In this document: positions 13,801-25,988 of the stretch, piece after piece | Layout of the letters: each line of letters opens with the position of its first letter | Position numbering within the stretch: position 1 is the stretch's first letter | Source of the DNA: Haliotis rubra | Taxonomy: Eukaryota | NCBI RefSeq assembly: GCF_003918875.1 | Contig: NW_025767076.1 | Coordinates: 682,001-746,000, forward strand | Direction: 5' to 3' | Length of the DNA stretch: 64,000 nt | Position numbers and translations under genes: made by a program | Notes under the pieces: generated by a model | The model's database searches: none | Seen by the model: the letters and a program-made list of their open reading frames with translations, nothing else | What the model was told of the DNA's origin: nothing

Positions 13801-16800
13801 TCTTGTTAGTAAGTGTCCTCACACTGTTGTGTACTATTGTATGTCTATCTTGTTAGTAAGTGTCCTCACACTAAGGGTTGTGTGTATTGTATGTCTGTCT
13901 TGTTAGTAAGTGTCCTCACACCAAGGGTTGTGTGTATTGTATGTCTGTCTTGTTAGTAAGTGTCCTCACACTTGTGTGTCTTGGTCTGTTGTGTACTGTA
14001 TTGTATTGTCTGTCTGTGTTAGTTAAGTGTCCTCACACTGAGGGTTGTGTACTGTATTGTATGTCTGTCTTGTTAGTAAGTGTCCTCACACTGAGGGGTT
14101 GTGTACTGTATTGTATGTCTGTCTTGTTAGTAAGTGTCCTCACACTGAGGGGTGGGTTGTGTGTGTATTGTATGTCTTGTTAGTAAGTGTCCTCACACTG
14201 GGTTGTGTGTATATGTCTGTCTTGTTAGTAAGTGTCCTCACACTAAGGGCTGTGTGTATTGTATGTATGTCTGTCTTGTTAGTTAAGTGTCCCTCACACT
14301 AAGGGTTGTGTACTGTATTGTATGTCTGTCTTGTTAGTTAAGTGTCCTCACACTAAGGGTTGTGTGTATTGTATGTCTGTCTTGTTAGTAAGTGTCCTCA
14401 CACTGAGGGTTGTGTGTATGTATTGTATGTCTGTCTTGTTAGTAAGTGTCCTCACACTGAGGGTTGTGTACTGTATTGTATGTCTGTCTTGTTAGTAAGT
14501 GTCCTCACACTAAGGGTTGTGTGTATTGTATGTCTGTCTTGTTAGTAAGTGTCCTCACACTGAGGGTTGTGTGTATTGTATGTCTATCTTGTTAGTAAGT
14601 GTCCTCACACTAAGGGCTGTGTGTATTGTATGTCTATCTTGTTAGTAAGTGTCCTCACACTAAGGGTTGTGTGTATTGTATGTCTATCTTGTTAGTAAGT
14701 GTCCTCACACTAAGGGTTGTGTGTATTGTATGTCTGTCTTGTTAGTTAAGTGTCCTCACACTAAGGGTTGTGTGTATTGTATGTCTGTCTTGTTAGTTAA
14801 GTCCCTCACACTAAGGGTTGTGTGTATTGTATGTCTGTCTTGTTAGTAAGTGTCCTCACACTGAGGGTTGTGTACTGTATTGTATGTCTGTCTTGTTAGT
14901 AAGTGTCCTCACACTGAGGGTTGTGTGTGTGTATGTATGTCTGTCTTGTTAGTAAGTGTCCTCACACTGAGGGTTGTGTGTGTATTGTATGTCTGTCTTG
15001 TTAGTAAGTGTCCTCACACTGAGGGTTGTGTGTATTGTATGTCTGTCTTGTTAGTAAGTGTCCTCACACTGAGGGTTGTGTGTATTGTATGTCTGTCTTG
15101 TTAGTAAGTGTCCTCACACTGAGGGTTGTGTACTGTATTGTATGTCTGTCTTGTTAGTAAGTGTCCTCACACTGAGGGTTGTGTGTGTATTGTATGTCTG
15201 TCTTGTTAGTAAGTGTCCTCACACTGAGGGTTGTGTGTATTGTATGTCTGTCTTGTTAGTAAGTGTCCTCACACTGAGGGTTGTGTACTGTATTGTATGT
15301 CTATCTTGTTAGTAAGTGTCCTCACACTGAGAGCTGTGTGTATTGTATGTCTGTCTTGTTAGTAAGTGTCCTCACACTAAGGGTTGTGTGTATTGTATGT
15401 CTGTCTTGTTAGTTAAGTGTCCTCACACTGAGGGTTGTGTACTGTATTGTATGTCTGTCTTGTTAGTAAGTGTCCTCACATTAAGGGCTGTGTGTATTGT
15501 ATGTCTGTCTTGTTAGTAAGTGTCCTCACACTGAGGGTTGTGTACTGTATTGTATGTCTATCTTGTTAGTAAGTGTCCTCACACTGAGGGTTGTGTACTG
15601 TATTGTATGTCTGTCTTGTTAGTAAGTGTCCTCACACTAAGGGTTGTGTGTATTGTATGTCTGTCTTGTTAGTTAAGTGTCCTCACACTGAGGGTTGTGT
15701 ACTGTATTGTATGTCTGTCTTGTTAGTAAGTGTCCTCACACTAAGGGCTGTGTGTATTGTATGTCTGTCTTGTTAGTAAGTGTCCTCACACTAAGGGTTG
15801 TGTGTATTGTATGTCTGTCTTGTTAGTAGTAAGTGTCCTCACACTGAGGGTTGTGTGTATTGTATGTCTGTCTTGTTAGTAAGTGTCCTCACACTGAGGG
15901 TTGTGTACTGTATTGTATGTCTGTCTTGTTAGTAAGTGTCCTCACACTAAGGGCTGTGTGTATTGTATGTCTGTCTTGTTAGTAAGTGTCCTCACACTAA
16001 GGGTTGTGTGTATTGTATGTCTGTCTTGTTAGTTAAGTGTCCTCACACTGAAGGTTGTGTACTGTATTGTATGTCTATCTTGTTAGTAAGTGTCCTCACA
16101 CTAAGGGCTGTGTGTATTGTATGTCTGTCTTGTTAGTAAGTGTCCTCACACTAAGGGTTGTGTGTATTGTATGTCTGTCTTGTTAGTAAGTGTGCTCACA
16201 CTGAGGGTTGTGTACTGTATTGTATGTCTGTCTTGTTAGTAAGTGTCCTCACACTGAGGGTTGTGTACTGTATTGTATGTCTGTCTTGTTAGTAAGTGTC
16301 CTCACACTGAGGGTTGTGTACTGTATTGTATGTCTATCTTGTTAGTAAGTGTCCTCACACTGAGGGTTGTGTACTGTATTGTATGTCTGTCTTGTTAGTA
16401 AGTGTCCTCACACTAAGGGTTGTGTGTATTGTATGTCTGTCTTGTTAGTTAAGTGTCCTCACACTGAGGGTTGTGTACTGTATTGTATGTCTGTCTTGTT
16501 AGTAAGTGTCCTCACACTAAGGGTTGTGTACTGTATTGTATGTCTATCTTGTTAGTAAGTGTCCTCACACTAAGGGTTGTGTGTATTGTATGTCTGTCTT
16601 GTTAGTAAGTGTCCTCACACTAAGGGCTTGTGTGTATTGTATGTCTGTCTTGTTAGTTAAGTGTCCTCACACTAAGGGTTGTGTGTATTGTATGTCTGTC
16701 TTGTTAGTAAGTGTCCTCACACTGAGGGTTGTGTGTATTGTATGTCTGTCTTGTTAGTAAGTGTCCTCACACTAAGGGTTGTGTGTATTGTATGTCTGTC

Positions 16801-16988
16801 TTGTTAGTAAGTGTCCTCACACTGAGGGTTGTGTGTATTGTATGTCTGTCTTGTTAGTAAGTGTCCTCACACTGAGGGTTGTGTACTGTATTGTATGTCT
16901 GTCTTGTTAGTAAGTGTCCTGACACTGAGGGTTGTGTACTGTATTGTATGTCTGTCTTGTTAGTAAGTGTCCTCACACTGAGGGTGTG
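10801..16988. repeat. Minisatellite, ~50-bp unit (gtattgtatgtctgtcttgttagtaagtgtcctcacactragggttgtgt)
   Basis: Roughly 120 copies, directly abutting the 40-bp array. Confidence 0.97.
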
Positions 16989-17505
16989 TGAGTTGTGATA
17001 CAGGGAGGAGGTAATCTGATCTATCTAACACCCAATCTTTTCAGGTGAAGGGCCATTATGTTGGGAACAGTGCCTGTAATTACTGCCCTTGAAGCAGGGC
17101 AGGGTTAGTATGGTGGACTTGTCCTTCACTGTAGGCTGCAGGGGAATAAAGGCATGGGTTCTCAGGCTGGGCTGGTATTGTTTTACCGTGTGACAAGTGA
17201 CTTGTTGAGGCCACCATGCTGGCTTCAGTCATACACTATAGGTACATGTATCACAATAAGCATAATGTAGAATCTATGGCAGAACAGTTAGGTTGTTTCT
17301 TTGTGTTTTCCTGCTGAGAAAGCCTGTCATTCCCTGCCCAAGAAGGACAGTATGTACAATATGTATAGGAACATCTCCTCTCACCAACACATGGATATAT
17401 TCTGGAATTAATTATCAGTGGCTGCTATCATGTCTGCAGAGGGAATGAGCTATGGAAAACAGCAGCAATTATATTTCAATTTATCTAGTCTTCTTTATTT
17501 ATATT

Positions 17506-18911
17506 TGTCAGGGTAGAGACTGCGATCTGGTAGAATCGGAGATTCTACCAGTAGAGATTGCGATCGTAGTCTCTACTGGTAGAGACTACGATTATATGGA
17601 ATAACCTATGCAAGCAAGTGCAAGCTTATGCAAGCAAGTATAATAAGTGGGGATAATGTTTTCCTATTATTTGCCAGTTATAATTGAACTTATTTATTGT
17701 TATCTTGTTAACTTTATTTGTTAAGTCTGTTTTGGAGTAAGGTATTTTGTTATTGTTTTTTGAGTGGAGTCCAAATTTGGCAGCTTGGTCTCATGAGGTA
17801 AATACAGTGTTACAAACCATTTTAATTTTTTATTTTGATATTGTTTACAGTGAGGTGTTAAATGTTTGTTATCAAAGTCTCAGTTAAAAGTAGGAAGTTC
17901 ATTCAGATGTATTTCAAAACTTATGATCAGTAATTGTTACAAAAACACTGCTTTCCAAAGAGGTGGGGTAATGACCAGGTGGGGATATGGCAGATGGGGT
18001 AATGACCTGGTGGGGAATTGCCCTACACCTATCCTCCCAAAATGCCGACATGCCGATACACCTATAGCTTATAACAACAAACCAGTTCTGTATTTCCTGG
18101 AGCAGTGTTACAATAAGCCAACATGCTTGTTTAATGATCATTTGAAATTTATTGTTAAATAAAGAAATGGGTTTATGAGCATTCACATATGTATTGTATT
18201 ATTTAATTTGGAAAAAAAATAATTGTTTTGGGGATTAAATGACTAAATGTGAGTTATGTCTCTGAAAAATCAGGCGTGTGAAAAGGGCACCGAGAACATT
18301 TTTTAGCCGTGCCATTTCAATAATGACCGTGCCATGGCACACTAATATATGGGGTATTTCGAACCCTGATAACAGTTGATCTCTTGATGAAAGAAGTTGA
18401 CTCCAAAAAACATGTCCATGACTCCCTCTGATGATGACTTCTAAATTTTTATGCCTAGGGCAAACACTGATTATGCAATTGATCTTGCTTGTAAACAGTT
18501 TTGTAATATATGTATATATTGTAATATGATCTCTCAAGTCACATTTGTATTTTTAGTCCTTAATATATCTGTAGAAGTGGAAACAGTCTAGTGTTATATC
18601 TGAATAAAATTCATAGTACTGTTCAGAAAAAGTGTCTTTGTTGTTTACCCACAGATCACTCAGAGTTTCTACCAGTTGAAGACGATTGCAGCCTCTACTA
18701 GTAGGATCGGAGTTTCTACCAGTTGAATTGGAAAATGTACTGGTAGAATCTCCGATTCAACCAGTAGAGACTACGATTGCAATATCTACTAGTAGGATCG
18801 GAGATTCTACCAGTAGAGTCTCCGATCGCAGTCTCTACTGGTAGAGACTCCGATCGCAATCTCTACTGGTAGAATCTCCGATTCTACCAGATCGCAGTCT
18901 CTACCCTGACA
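17506..18911. mobile_element. Non-autonomous TIR DNA transposon, Ginger-like
   Basis: TGTCA...TGACA termini, long TIRs built of palindromic sub-repeats (ctggtagaatcggagattctaccag), and a 4-bp TATT duplication (17502-17505, 18912-18915). Confidence 0.8.
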
Positions 18912-19967
18912 TATTCATCTGAATCAGTTTTTGGTTCCCCCTCTCCATGGTGATATCACATCAGTTGGAGTTTGTTCTCTTTTGTTATTTCTTTTGCTAT
19001 CAGTCCATTAGTACAGAAACTTAAACCACTTCTTTTCCCAACCTGCTGAACATTTTCACATAACTTGTTTCTCCGTCCATGTGTACAACAAAGAAAACTT
19101 TTCTTTTTGTGTACGAATTTAAAATGGCCACCATGTTTGGGTGTAAAACATTGTGTGACTGCTGTCAAAGTTTAAGGTCACTGTCATTCCAGTATGGCAG
19201 TTGTCTCTCTCTTTTATGAAAGAACACCAGAAATATACTTTGGGCCATTATCACATTTCTAAACGCTGATTGGTTAATGTGATCTATGATGAGTTTGATA
19301 GTACATTGGGTGCAGGTTGGTATACGTTGTTCTCTCTATTAATTAACTTCTTCAACATAAAGAAACAGACTAAATAAACGATGGAAGCTCAGCAGATGCT
19401 GTTACTTAGAAATACCCTTGTTGATTTGATTATACAGAAGTTACCCCTGCTGTGAAAGCATGTTTGGATTTATGATCTTATAGATGATAATTTGAGTGAG
19501 ATTGATTTTGATACCAGTTTTGTGTTTCGTAGCATCATGTATCTTGCTCCATATTTATGTATCCTGTTTAACTGCAGAATAAAATGTGGAAATGTCTCCA
19601 AACAATGGTTAAGGAGTGTAGTGTTTCCTTTACACAAACTAGGTAACTTAAAACATGTGAAAAACTCCACAAAAGACAACATGTTTCTTTTGCAAAGTCA
19701 TATTAAGAAATATTTATCAAAATTGATAACTTGATTTTATTGTCTATTTGTCTATTTATGAAAAGCATTCAATTCAGTTAATAGGGATCTTTTATGGTTT
19801 GTAATGTAATTGCTTGATTTCAGCATTCAGCGTAATATGTTGAATATAAGAAGAGATACATACTTGGGTAAAGTTATCAGAATTTTCTGTATCTGAGTAT
19901 TTTGACTCCTCGAGTGGAGGTATTCAAGGTTGTGTTTCAAGTCCGCTCTTGTTCTCCATGTGTATAT

Positions 19968-21806
19968 TAGTGGTGTAATGATTCATTGATAGTATCGATG
20001 TTTGCATCGTCAACTACAAATTACGAGTGCATCGATACAAACACATTTAGGCAATATATCAGGATATTTATATCGCAAGGGTCCATGATACATCGATGTA
20101 TCGCCACAAGAGACGATATATCCCGATACTACTTAAATACTACTTAAAGGTCACATGCAACCAAAAAATCAAACATAATTAAAACACAATTATCACTTAT
20201 TCATGACATATAATATACATTGCTGGTTATGAAAAAACTTATAAACAAAATTATAAGCGTACAATCGCAAATCAGAAGTGCAATATTGTGTACTTGAGTT
20301 TACTTCCCAAGAAACGAAGCAGCCGGGATACCGAACCCAGTCAGAGCGGGTGGGTGTGCACTCAAGTGTAACGGCTGGTTCATTTGCAGATGCCCTCACG
20401 GCTGATTATGTGTGTATATAGAGATGTTGGGTTTTGTAAATACATGCTCATTTTTTGTGTATAACATTTTACAATCAACAGACATCATAACATGTCATGT
20501 GTTCAAGTATCACACCTGCTTGTCTGTGTAATTACATAATGTGACAGAGACCGAAATCGGGCCATAAATCAATGCATTTTGTTTATGGTGTATAGCCAGA
20601 TAGGTGTTAAGTTCAAATTGCATGTGGTCAGTGATAGCAGCTGTGTATTGAATATTGTCATTAGCAGACAGGCAGGTGTCAATAAAACAAGACATTGAGT
20701 TTTGTCTGTGACAACAACATATCTATATCACAGTTAGAAATTCTGTCAACGCTAAATAACGACATTGCTTTTAAGTATCGAACTGAGAAAGTGACTCGGT
20801 AAGAAGAACGTGTGGTGAAATAGACAAACCCGCTTCCAAGCTGCGCGAACCTATTTCACTGCGCACGTGCTATGAGCGCAGCCCAGCTGTTGAAACCAGT
20901 TTTCCCCAGAAAAGTCGGGGGAAAATTAGTGAAACGTTTGAACTCCGATTTCGCGTGTTTTTTTTCATCGCGTTATTTTTCAACTTTATAAGTTGAACTT
21001 GCATTTTTGACGATTTGTTTCGGTAAGTCCATACCGAAAGGTATCAGAATCTGCAAAGTTGTGTTTTACGTTGCATGTGACCTTTAAGGTTGTAAGGAGT
21101 ATTGCATTAGGATTAGGAAGGGAGTCTCTTTGAAATACTTCTAAATTTTAAAAACAAACTGAACCTTTAGGAATTTGTTTGTGTCTGTCATCTTTGTTAC
21201 ATGAACAAAGGAGTTGGTGTATCAGTGAAAGAATGTGAACATTTTTCAATCTCTGTGAACTGGTAAGACTTGTCTTTAAGTAATTGAAACATGTTTTAGT
21301 TGTTTGACAAATATCACATTTTATTAACAACTATGAACGATGTCTTAGCTTTGTTAAGAAAGAGAAGATAAAATTTTGAAAGCATACTTAAAGAGTTTTT
21401 TTCAGTGATTCTGGTATAAATGACATTGAATTGTCTGTGAAAGCATTGGTGCAGAAACACAACTTTCCAAGGGAAACCTAGATCAAGGTATACTGAATAT
21501 GTTTAATTATACTGTCTTAAGCATTAAATGCTGAAACTTTATTAGATGAACAGCCTTTTAAGTGTGTGTGAATGTAACACCTGTTCTCCTGTATAACAAA
21601 TAAAGATTCAGTAATTTTATCTATCATATATGTCCTGTATTTAGAATTGTAAAGTATCGGGATACGTATCGTATCGCCATCACTGTATCATGATGATAAT
21701 CGTGTCGCAGGTTACTTGCCAATACTATCATGATATATCATCTCGCCTCATTAAACTGGTATGAGGATATATCGTCTCACCACTTAGGCACCGATACACA
21801 GCTCTA
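19968..21806. mobile_element. Old hAT-like non-autonomous element hosting a Kolobok-like insertion
   Basis: TAG...CTA ends, gatac/gtatc-rich inverted subterminal blocks (tcccgatact / agtatcggga), and a degenerate 8-bp flank gtgtatat / gtggatag (6/8). Confidence 0.5.
20148..21083. mobile_element. Non-autonomous DNA transposon, Kolobok-like
   Basis: TTAA|aggtcacatgcaac ... gttgcatgtgacct|TTAA: perfect 14-bp TIR, purine-purine terminus, TTAA target duplication. Confidence 0.85.
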
Positions 21807-21899
21807 GTGGATAGACCAGTTACAGTCAGATATTGGACAAAATGTTGGAGAAGGTATTTTTGAAGTTTTTGAAAGGCATTTAGAAGTTGGATGAACATG

Positions 21900-22070
21900 A
21901 ATACATGACACGTGTTATGGAAAACAACTTCTTTTTTTATTCTTTACATAACGTTTCAGAGCTAATTCTTGCTCTTTCAGCATTCACCTGATGAAGGAGC
22001 AAGATTTAGCTCTGAAACATTGTGTAAAGAATAAACAAGAAGTTGTTTTCCATAAAACATGTCATGTATT
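21900..22070. repeat. ~170-bp foldback palindrome containing a hammerhead-ribozyme-like core (probable Penelope-like element end)
   Basis: The two arms are near-perfect reverse complements. The right arm reads CTGATGA-a-GGAGC-loop-GCTCT-GAAA-CA-ttg-TG-TA at 21988-22026. Confidence 0.7.
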
Positions 22071-22123
22071 GAGGTATTTGTGGTACTCAGGAGTCTGCAG
22101 AGTACCTTATTGTTTTGTTGTAT

Positions 22124-22451
22124 CAGTGTTTCCGTTCTCCGGTATATACCTGAAAATCACGGGTAAAATTTGCTGGGGACCGGTAATTTGAAACCCAGCC
22201 GGACACTGCGTCCGGTAAATAATCATGTATTAAAATAAAAAAATCATGGGTAAGCGAAATGACAGTCTTGGCTGTGCTTTCATGGTCGCAAAAACTCGTA
22301 TGTTTCGGAAATACCCAGGCTAAAAATAACTTTAAAATGAGTACTTACAGTATGGCAATAAGATACGACCGACAAATTTCATTCATGACCGGTAAAATTT
22401 TAGGTCGCCTGACACAGTGTCAGATAAATAATTAAGTCAGCGGAAACACTG
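22124..22451. mobile_element. MITE with CAGTGTTTCCG TIRs (hAT/P-like)
   Basis: cagtgtttccg ... cggaaacactg flanked by an exact GTTGTAT direct repeat, with internal ccggtaaa motifs. Confidence 0.75.
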
Positions 22452-22821
22452 GTTGTATGCAGGTGATTTGTGTTTGTTTGCAGATGATTTTTCAGTTTGC
22501 AACAAAAGATCGATTTATTAAACCAGTTTTGTCAATGAGAGAGAAATGCTGGTCTTTAGAAATGGGGGTAAAATTGAGGGTCAGGAAGTGGTCGAAAGTT
22601 TTCACATATTTCAATTACTTAGGATTACATTTGTAAAACAGGCTTTGCTGCACCAAATCAATTCAGAATTTGATAAGTAAAGCAAATAAGGCATTAGCTT
22701 CTATTAAAATGTGCTCATCCATCATATTACTTTAATTTTGTTCAGCATGTTTGACACACAGTAAAGCCAGTCATTTTATATACAGCTGAAATTTGGAGAT
22801 ATCAATATTGGGCTAAATTAA

Positions 22822-22957
22822 AGTGAGTGAGTGAGTATGGTTTTACGCTGCTTTTCATGGCGGGGGACACCAGAAATGGGCTTCACACTTTGTACCCATG
22901 TGGGGAATCGAACCCGGGCCTTTGGCGTGACGAACAAACACTTTAACCACTAGGCTA
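22822..22957 (-). mobile_element. tRNA-derived SINE (family B)
   Basis: Homologous to 1173-1319, with B-box GGTTCGATTCC on the - strand. Confidence 0.85.
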
Positions 22958-23288
22958 ATATGTACTTGGTGCTGGGTATAAGTGTACAACTGCTGCTACT
23001 CTGGAGTGTGGACTGACTGTGGAGTTATTGTGTACCGGCTTAAGCTGTTAGAAATGCTATGTCACAGATACCCTAAACAATGTTATAAAGGGCTATTGGA
23101 GTATAACATGGGGTTCACATGTGAAATAAAAGCTGTACTCAATGGTTTTGATTTTGTATGGGAAGCCCAAGCTGTGGTTAATAAAGAGGTTTTTATGTTT
23201 GATTTTATATTGAGAATAATCTTTTCTGGTATCTATAATAGCACATCCCTTGACCAGTACACAGACTTTTTATACCTGGAACCAACCT

Positions 23289-23530
23289 GTGAAGGTCCGG
23301 GTTAGATTATTGGCCTTCAGTAACCCATGCTTGTCGTAAGAGGCGACTAATGGGATCGGGTGGTCAGGCTTGCTGGCTTTGTTGACACATGTCATCGGTT
23401 CTCATTTGCGCAGATCGATGCTCATGCTGTTGGTCACTGGATTGTCTGGTCCAGACTCGATTATTTACAGACCTCCGCCATATAGCTGGAATATTGCTGA
23501 GTGCGCCGTAAAACTAAACTCACTCACTCA
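23289..23530 (+). mobile_element. SINE-like interspersed repeat (family A), longest copy
   Basis: Matches the two - strand copies and ends in a cactcactca tail. Confidence 0.88.
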
Positions 23531-23612
23531 CCATAACTGGAACCATATCTCGTAAGAATTCAATCGAGGCATATCAGGAAGAGAATCATCTTCCACAGAC
23601 CTGCTGCACTTC

Positions 23613-23849
23613 AGTGTCCCAATCCACAAAGCATTTATAGCGATACAACATTTGTAAGTCTATGGTAAACTATAGAGCTACGACAGGTCATAACATTTCA
23701 TTTGTAGCGATACAACATTTGTAAGTCTATGGTAAACTATAGAGCTACGACAGGTCATAACATTACATTTGTAGCGATACAACATTGGTAAGTCTATGGT
23801 AAACTATAGAGCTACGACAGGTCATAACATTACGAGGATCGGGACCCAG
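23613..23849. mobile_element. Small MITE-like element with an internal 3x ~67-bp tandem repeat
   Basis: Imperfect inverted ends (gtcccaatccac / gaggatcgggac) surround three copies of agcgatacaacatttgtaagtctatggtaaactatagagctacgacaggtcataacatt. Confidence 0.55.
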
Positions 23850-24553
23850 ATTATTATAGACATTGGAAGATGGGAAGCCATAACCTGCCCTATAAGAATA
23901 TGTCAAAGTTGCAACAATAAGACTGTGGATGATGAGTTTTATTTTTTGTATACTTCTCCTGTATATGGTGATATAAGCTACAAATATTGTAAAGATACAC
24001 CACCACATGTTGATAAGGACTTCAGAATACAAAGTTTGAAATCGGGAAACATATACATATGTACAAATATATTGTTGTCGGAAATTAGCCAATACCTACA
24101 GGATGCAGTTCTGTGTGCACCTGATACTAGAATATTGAGTCTGTACTATAGCCATTGACACAGGTTGGAATCTTTATGCTGCTGCCTTGGAACATTGGCC
24201 TAAGACCTTATACTGAATACAGACTGATATGTTGAATCATGCCATATGGTAATATTGTGTCAACAGATCTATAATATTACCAATGTACATTTGATGTATT
24301 TGAGGATGGAAGTCCGTATAGTCTCGGCATGTATGGTATAGCTCTCAGTGGTGTACTGAACATGGTGAACAAGGAGATCCAGTCATCCCTGGGACCATTA
24401 AACATGGTCACAAATCCAACAAGTGTACACATCTGTCATAGACTTCCTTATACCAGAAAAGGGTGTCTGAGTACAAGGACTGACACTATGACTGATACGG
24501 CTCATAACTAAACCACAACATGAATCCTTCACCAGAACCTTTGTTCAACTTGT

Positions 24554-24890
24554 GACCGCCTCCGTGGTGTAGTGGTTAGAGCGTCCACCCAGAGAGCGGA
24601 AGGTCGTAGGCTCGATCCCCGACCGCCTCATACCAAAAGACATTAAAATATGGTACTTGTTGGTACATTATTGGGTACAACAAGGACTGGTCGGCTCGGG
24701 AGTCAGTATATTGTGTCTGAGTGGGGTATTCATGCTTCACTGCGGCATGGTATCTCAGTGGGCTAGCACTATAAAACCAGCTTCAGTCTGGGCTAGTACA
24801 AGCAGACACACATACACATACACATGTATGCACGTCGTCATATGAACGAAATATTCTCAAGCACGACATAAAACCCACTTTCACCTCACC
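24554..24890 (+). mobile_element. Full-length tRNA-derived SINE (family C) with 13-bp TSD
   Basis: tRNA-like head (GGTGTAGTGGTTAGAGCG ... GGCTCGATCCC) and exact TTGTTCAACTTGT duplication at 24541-24553 and 24891-24903. Confidence 0.88.
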
Positions 24891-25816
24891 TTGTTCAACT
24901 TGTTAAAACAAATATTATTCTTGAATAGCACAAAGCTTCAGTACAATGTATGATGGATGTGTATGCAAAGTGACATGTAAAAATATCAAATGGTTTACGG
25001 TTACACCGTGTTTGTGGGTGGGGCATCATACAAACAAACCATTAAAGTATATGTGCATGTACACTTATGTTCTATAGTATACAGCAGATATTAATATGTT
25101 TGTGCACCAATGAAGTTAGTGACACACCCGAAACAGACACAACCCTAGTTTTTCAGATAACTTACTGACAACTATTTCCACTCAAGTGTTGTCATCCCTG
25201 GTATAAACCTACATCTGTTGTCATTCACTTGATGCTCAGTTACAGACTTTATTACAGGTACAGTTAGTGGCAGAACTACTCTCATTACCTCAACTCAATA
25301 ACTGAATATTTCCACCTCTAAGGGTGTCCAGGATATGTAGTTCAGTGGTTCCCACTTGGCATTTCTCATGTTTGGATAAAACGGCCATCTAAGATTGGGT
25401 TATTAATCCACACCAGATGTGCTGGATGTATTGCTTGTCATGTAATATGCACAGGACATAAAAAGGAAGGATTTATCGTGAGTAAGTGTTTATATATTTA
25501 GGTCTGCTAGAGCAGACGGCATACACCCATATCTCGGCCTGAAGTGCCGATGTAAAAGCAACATACTTTGTAAAGGATTAGCAGATGTTATGTTGACTGA
25601 TTGCTCATTGGTGTCTAACCCCTGATATGATAACCTGCCCATAGGTGCAAGCAGTTTGTTTTGCAAGTCAAAGTAGTGTATACAAAAATTGCCGAAAATC
25701 GGTCAAGTGATTTATCAAAACTTTGTCACCATGACCGGCACGGCCTGCGAACATACCCATATTTCCTCATCAATGCCAATACATAACTCTATTTCATTGT
25801 GTGACAGTTTGCCTTT

Positions 25817-25988
25817 ATATACTGAGAGAAACAAATAAAGGAACACAGGAAAATTCAAGCGTTCCTTTATTATTTTCAAGTTTTCATCACCACAGCGCTA
25901 TTCAAAGCTGGTGATGAAAACTAGAAAATATTCCAGGAACACTTGAATTTACGTGTGTTCCTTTATTTGTTTCTCTACGTATAGTATA
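25817..25988. repeat. ~170-bp foldback palindrome (MITE-like)
   Basis: agagaaacaaataaaggaacaca...ttttcatcacca / tggtgatgaaaa...tgtgttcctttatttgtttctct. Confidence 0.85.

Larger units (their letters stand above)
22480..24110 (+). mobile_element. Decayed non-LTR retrotransposon (LINE) ORF2 3' relic, interrupted by later insertions
   Basis: Frameshifted remnants VFRNGGK, FNYLG and VKPVILYTAEIW, plus GRW..RICQSC...DDEFYFLYTSPVY (decayed C-terminal CCHC-like motif, ORF 23796-24158). Confidence 0.65.

Noticed and set aside
12600-14300. Scrambled cores inside arrays (also ~29200-29950, ~44900-45100 and ~48600-50300)
   Set aside because: Indel-rich degeneration in array centres is typical of consensus or polishing errors in long repeats and cannot be treated as biology without raw reads.
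9203-16988. CRISPR-like appearance of regular repeats
   Set aside because: No unique spacers, head-to-tail units, eukaryotic intron context and no cas genes.
24554-24630. Possible tRNA gene
   Set aside because: The tRNA-like head continues into a SINE body flanked by a TSD, and the B-box is degenerate.
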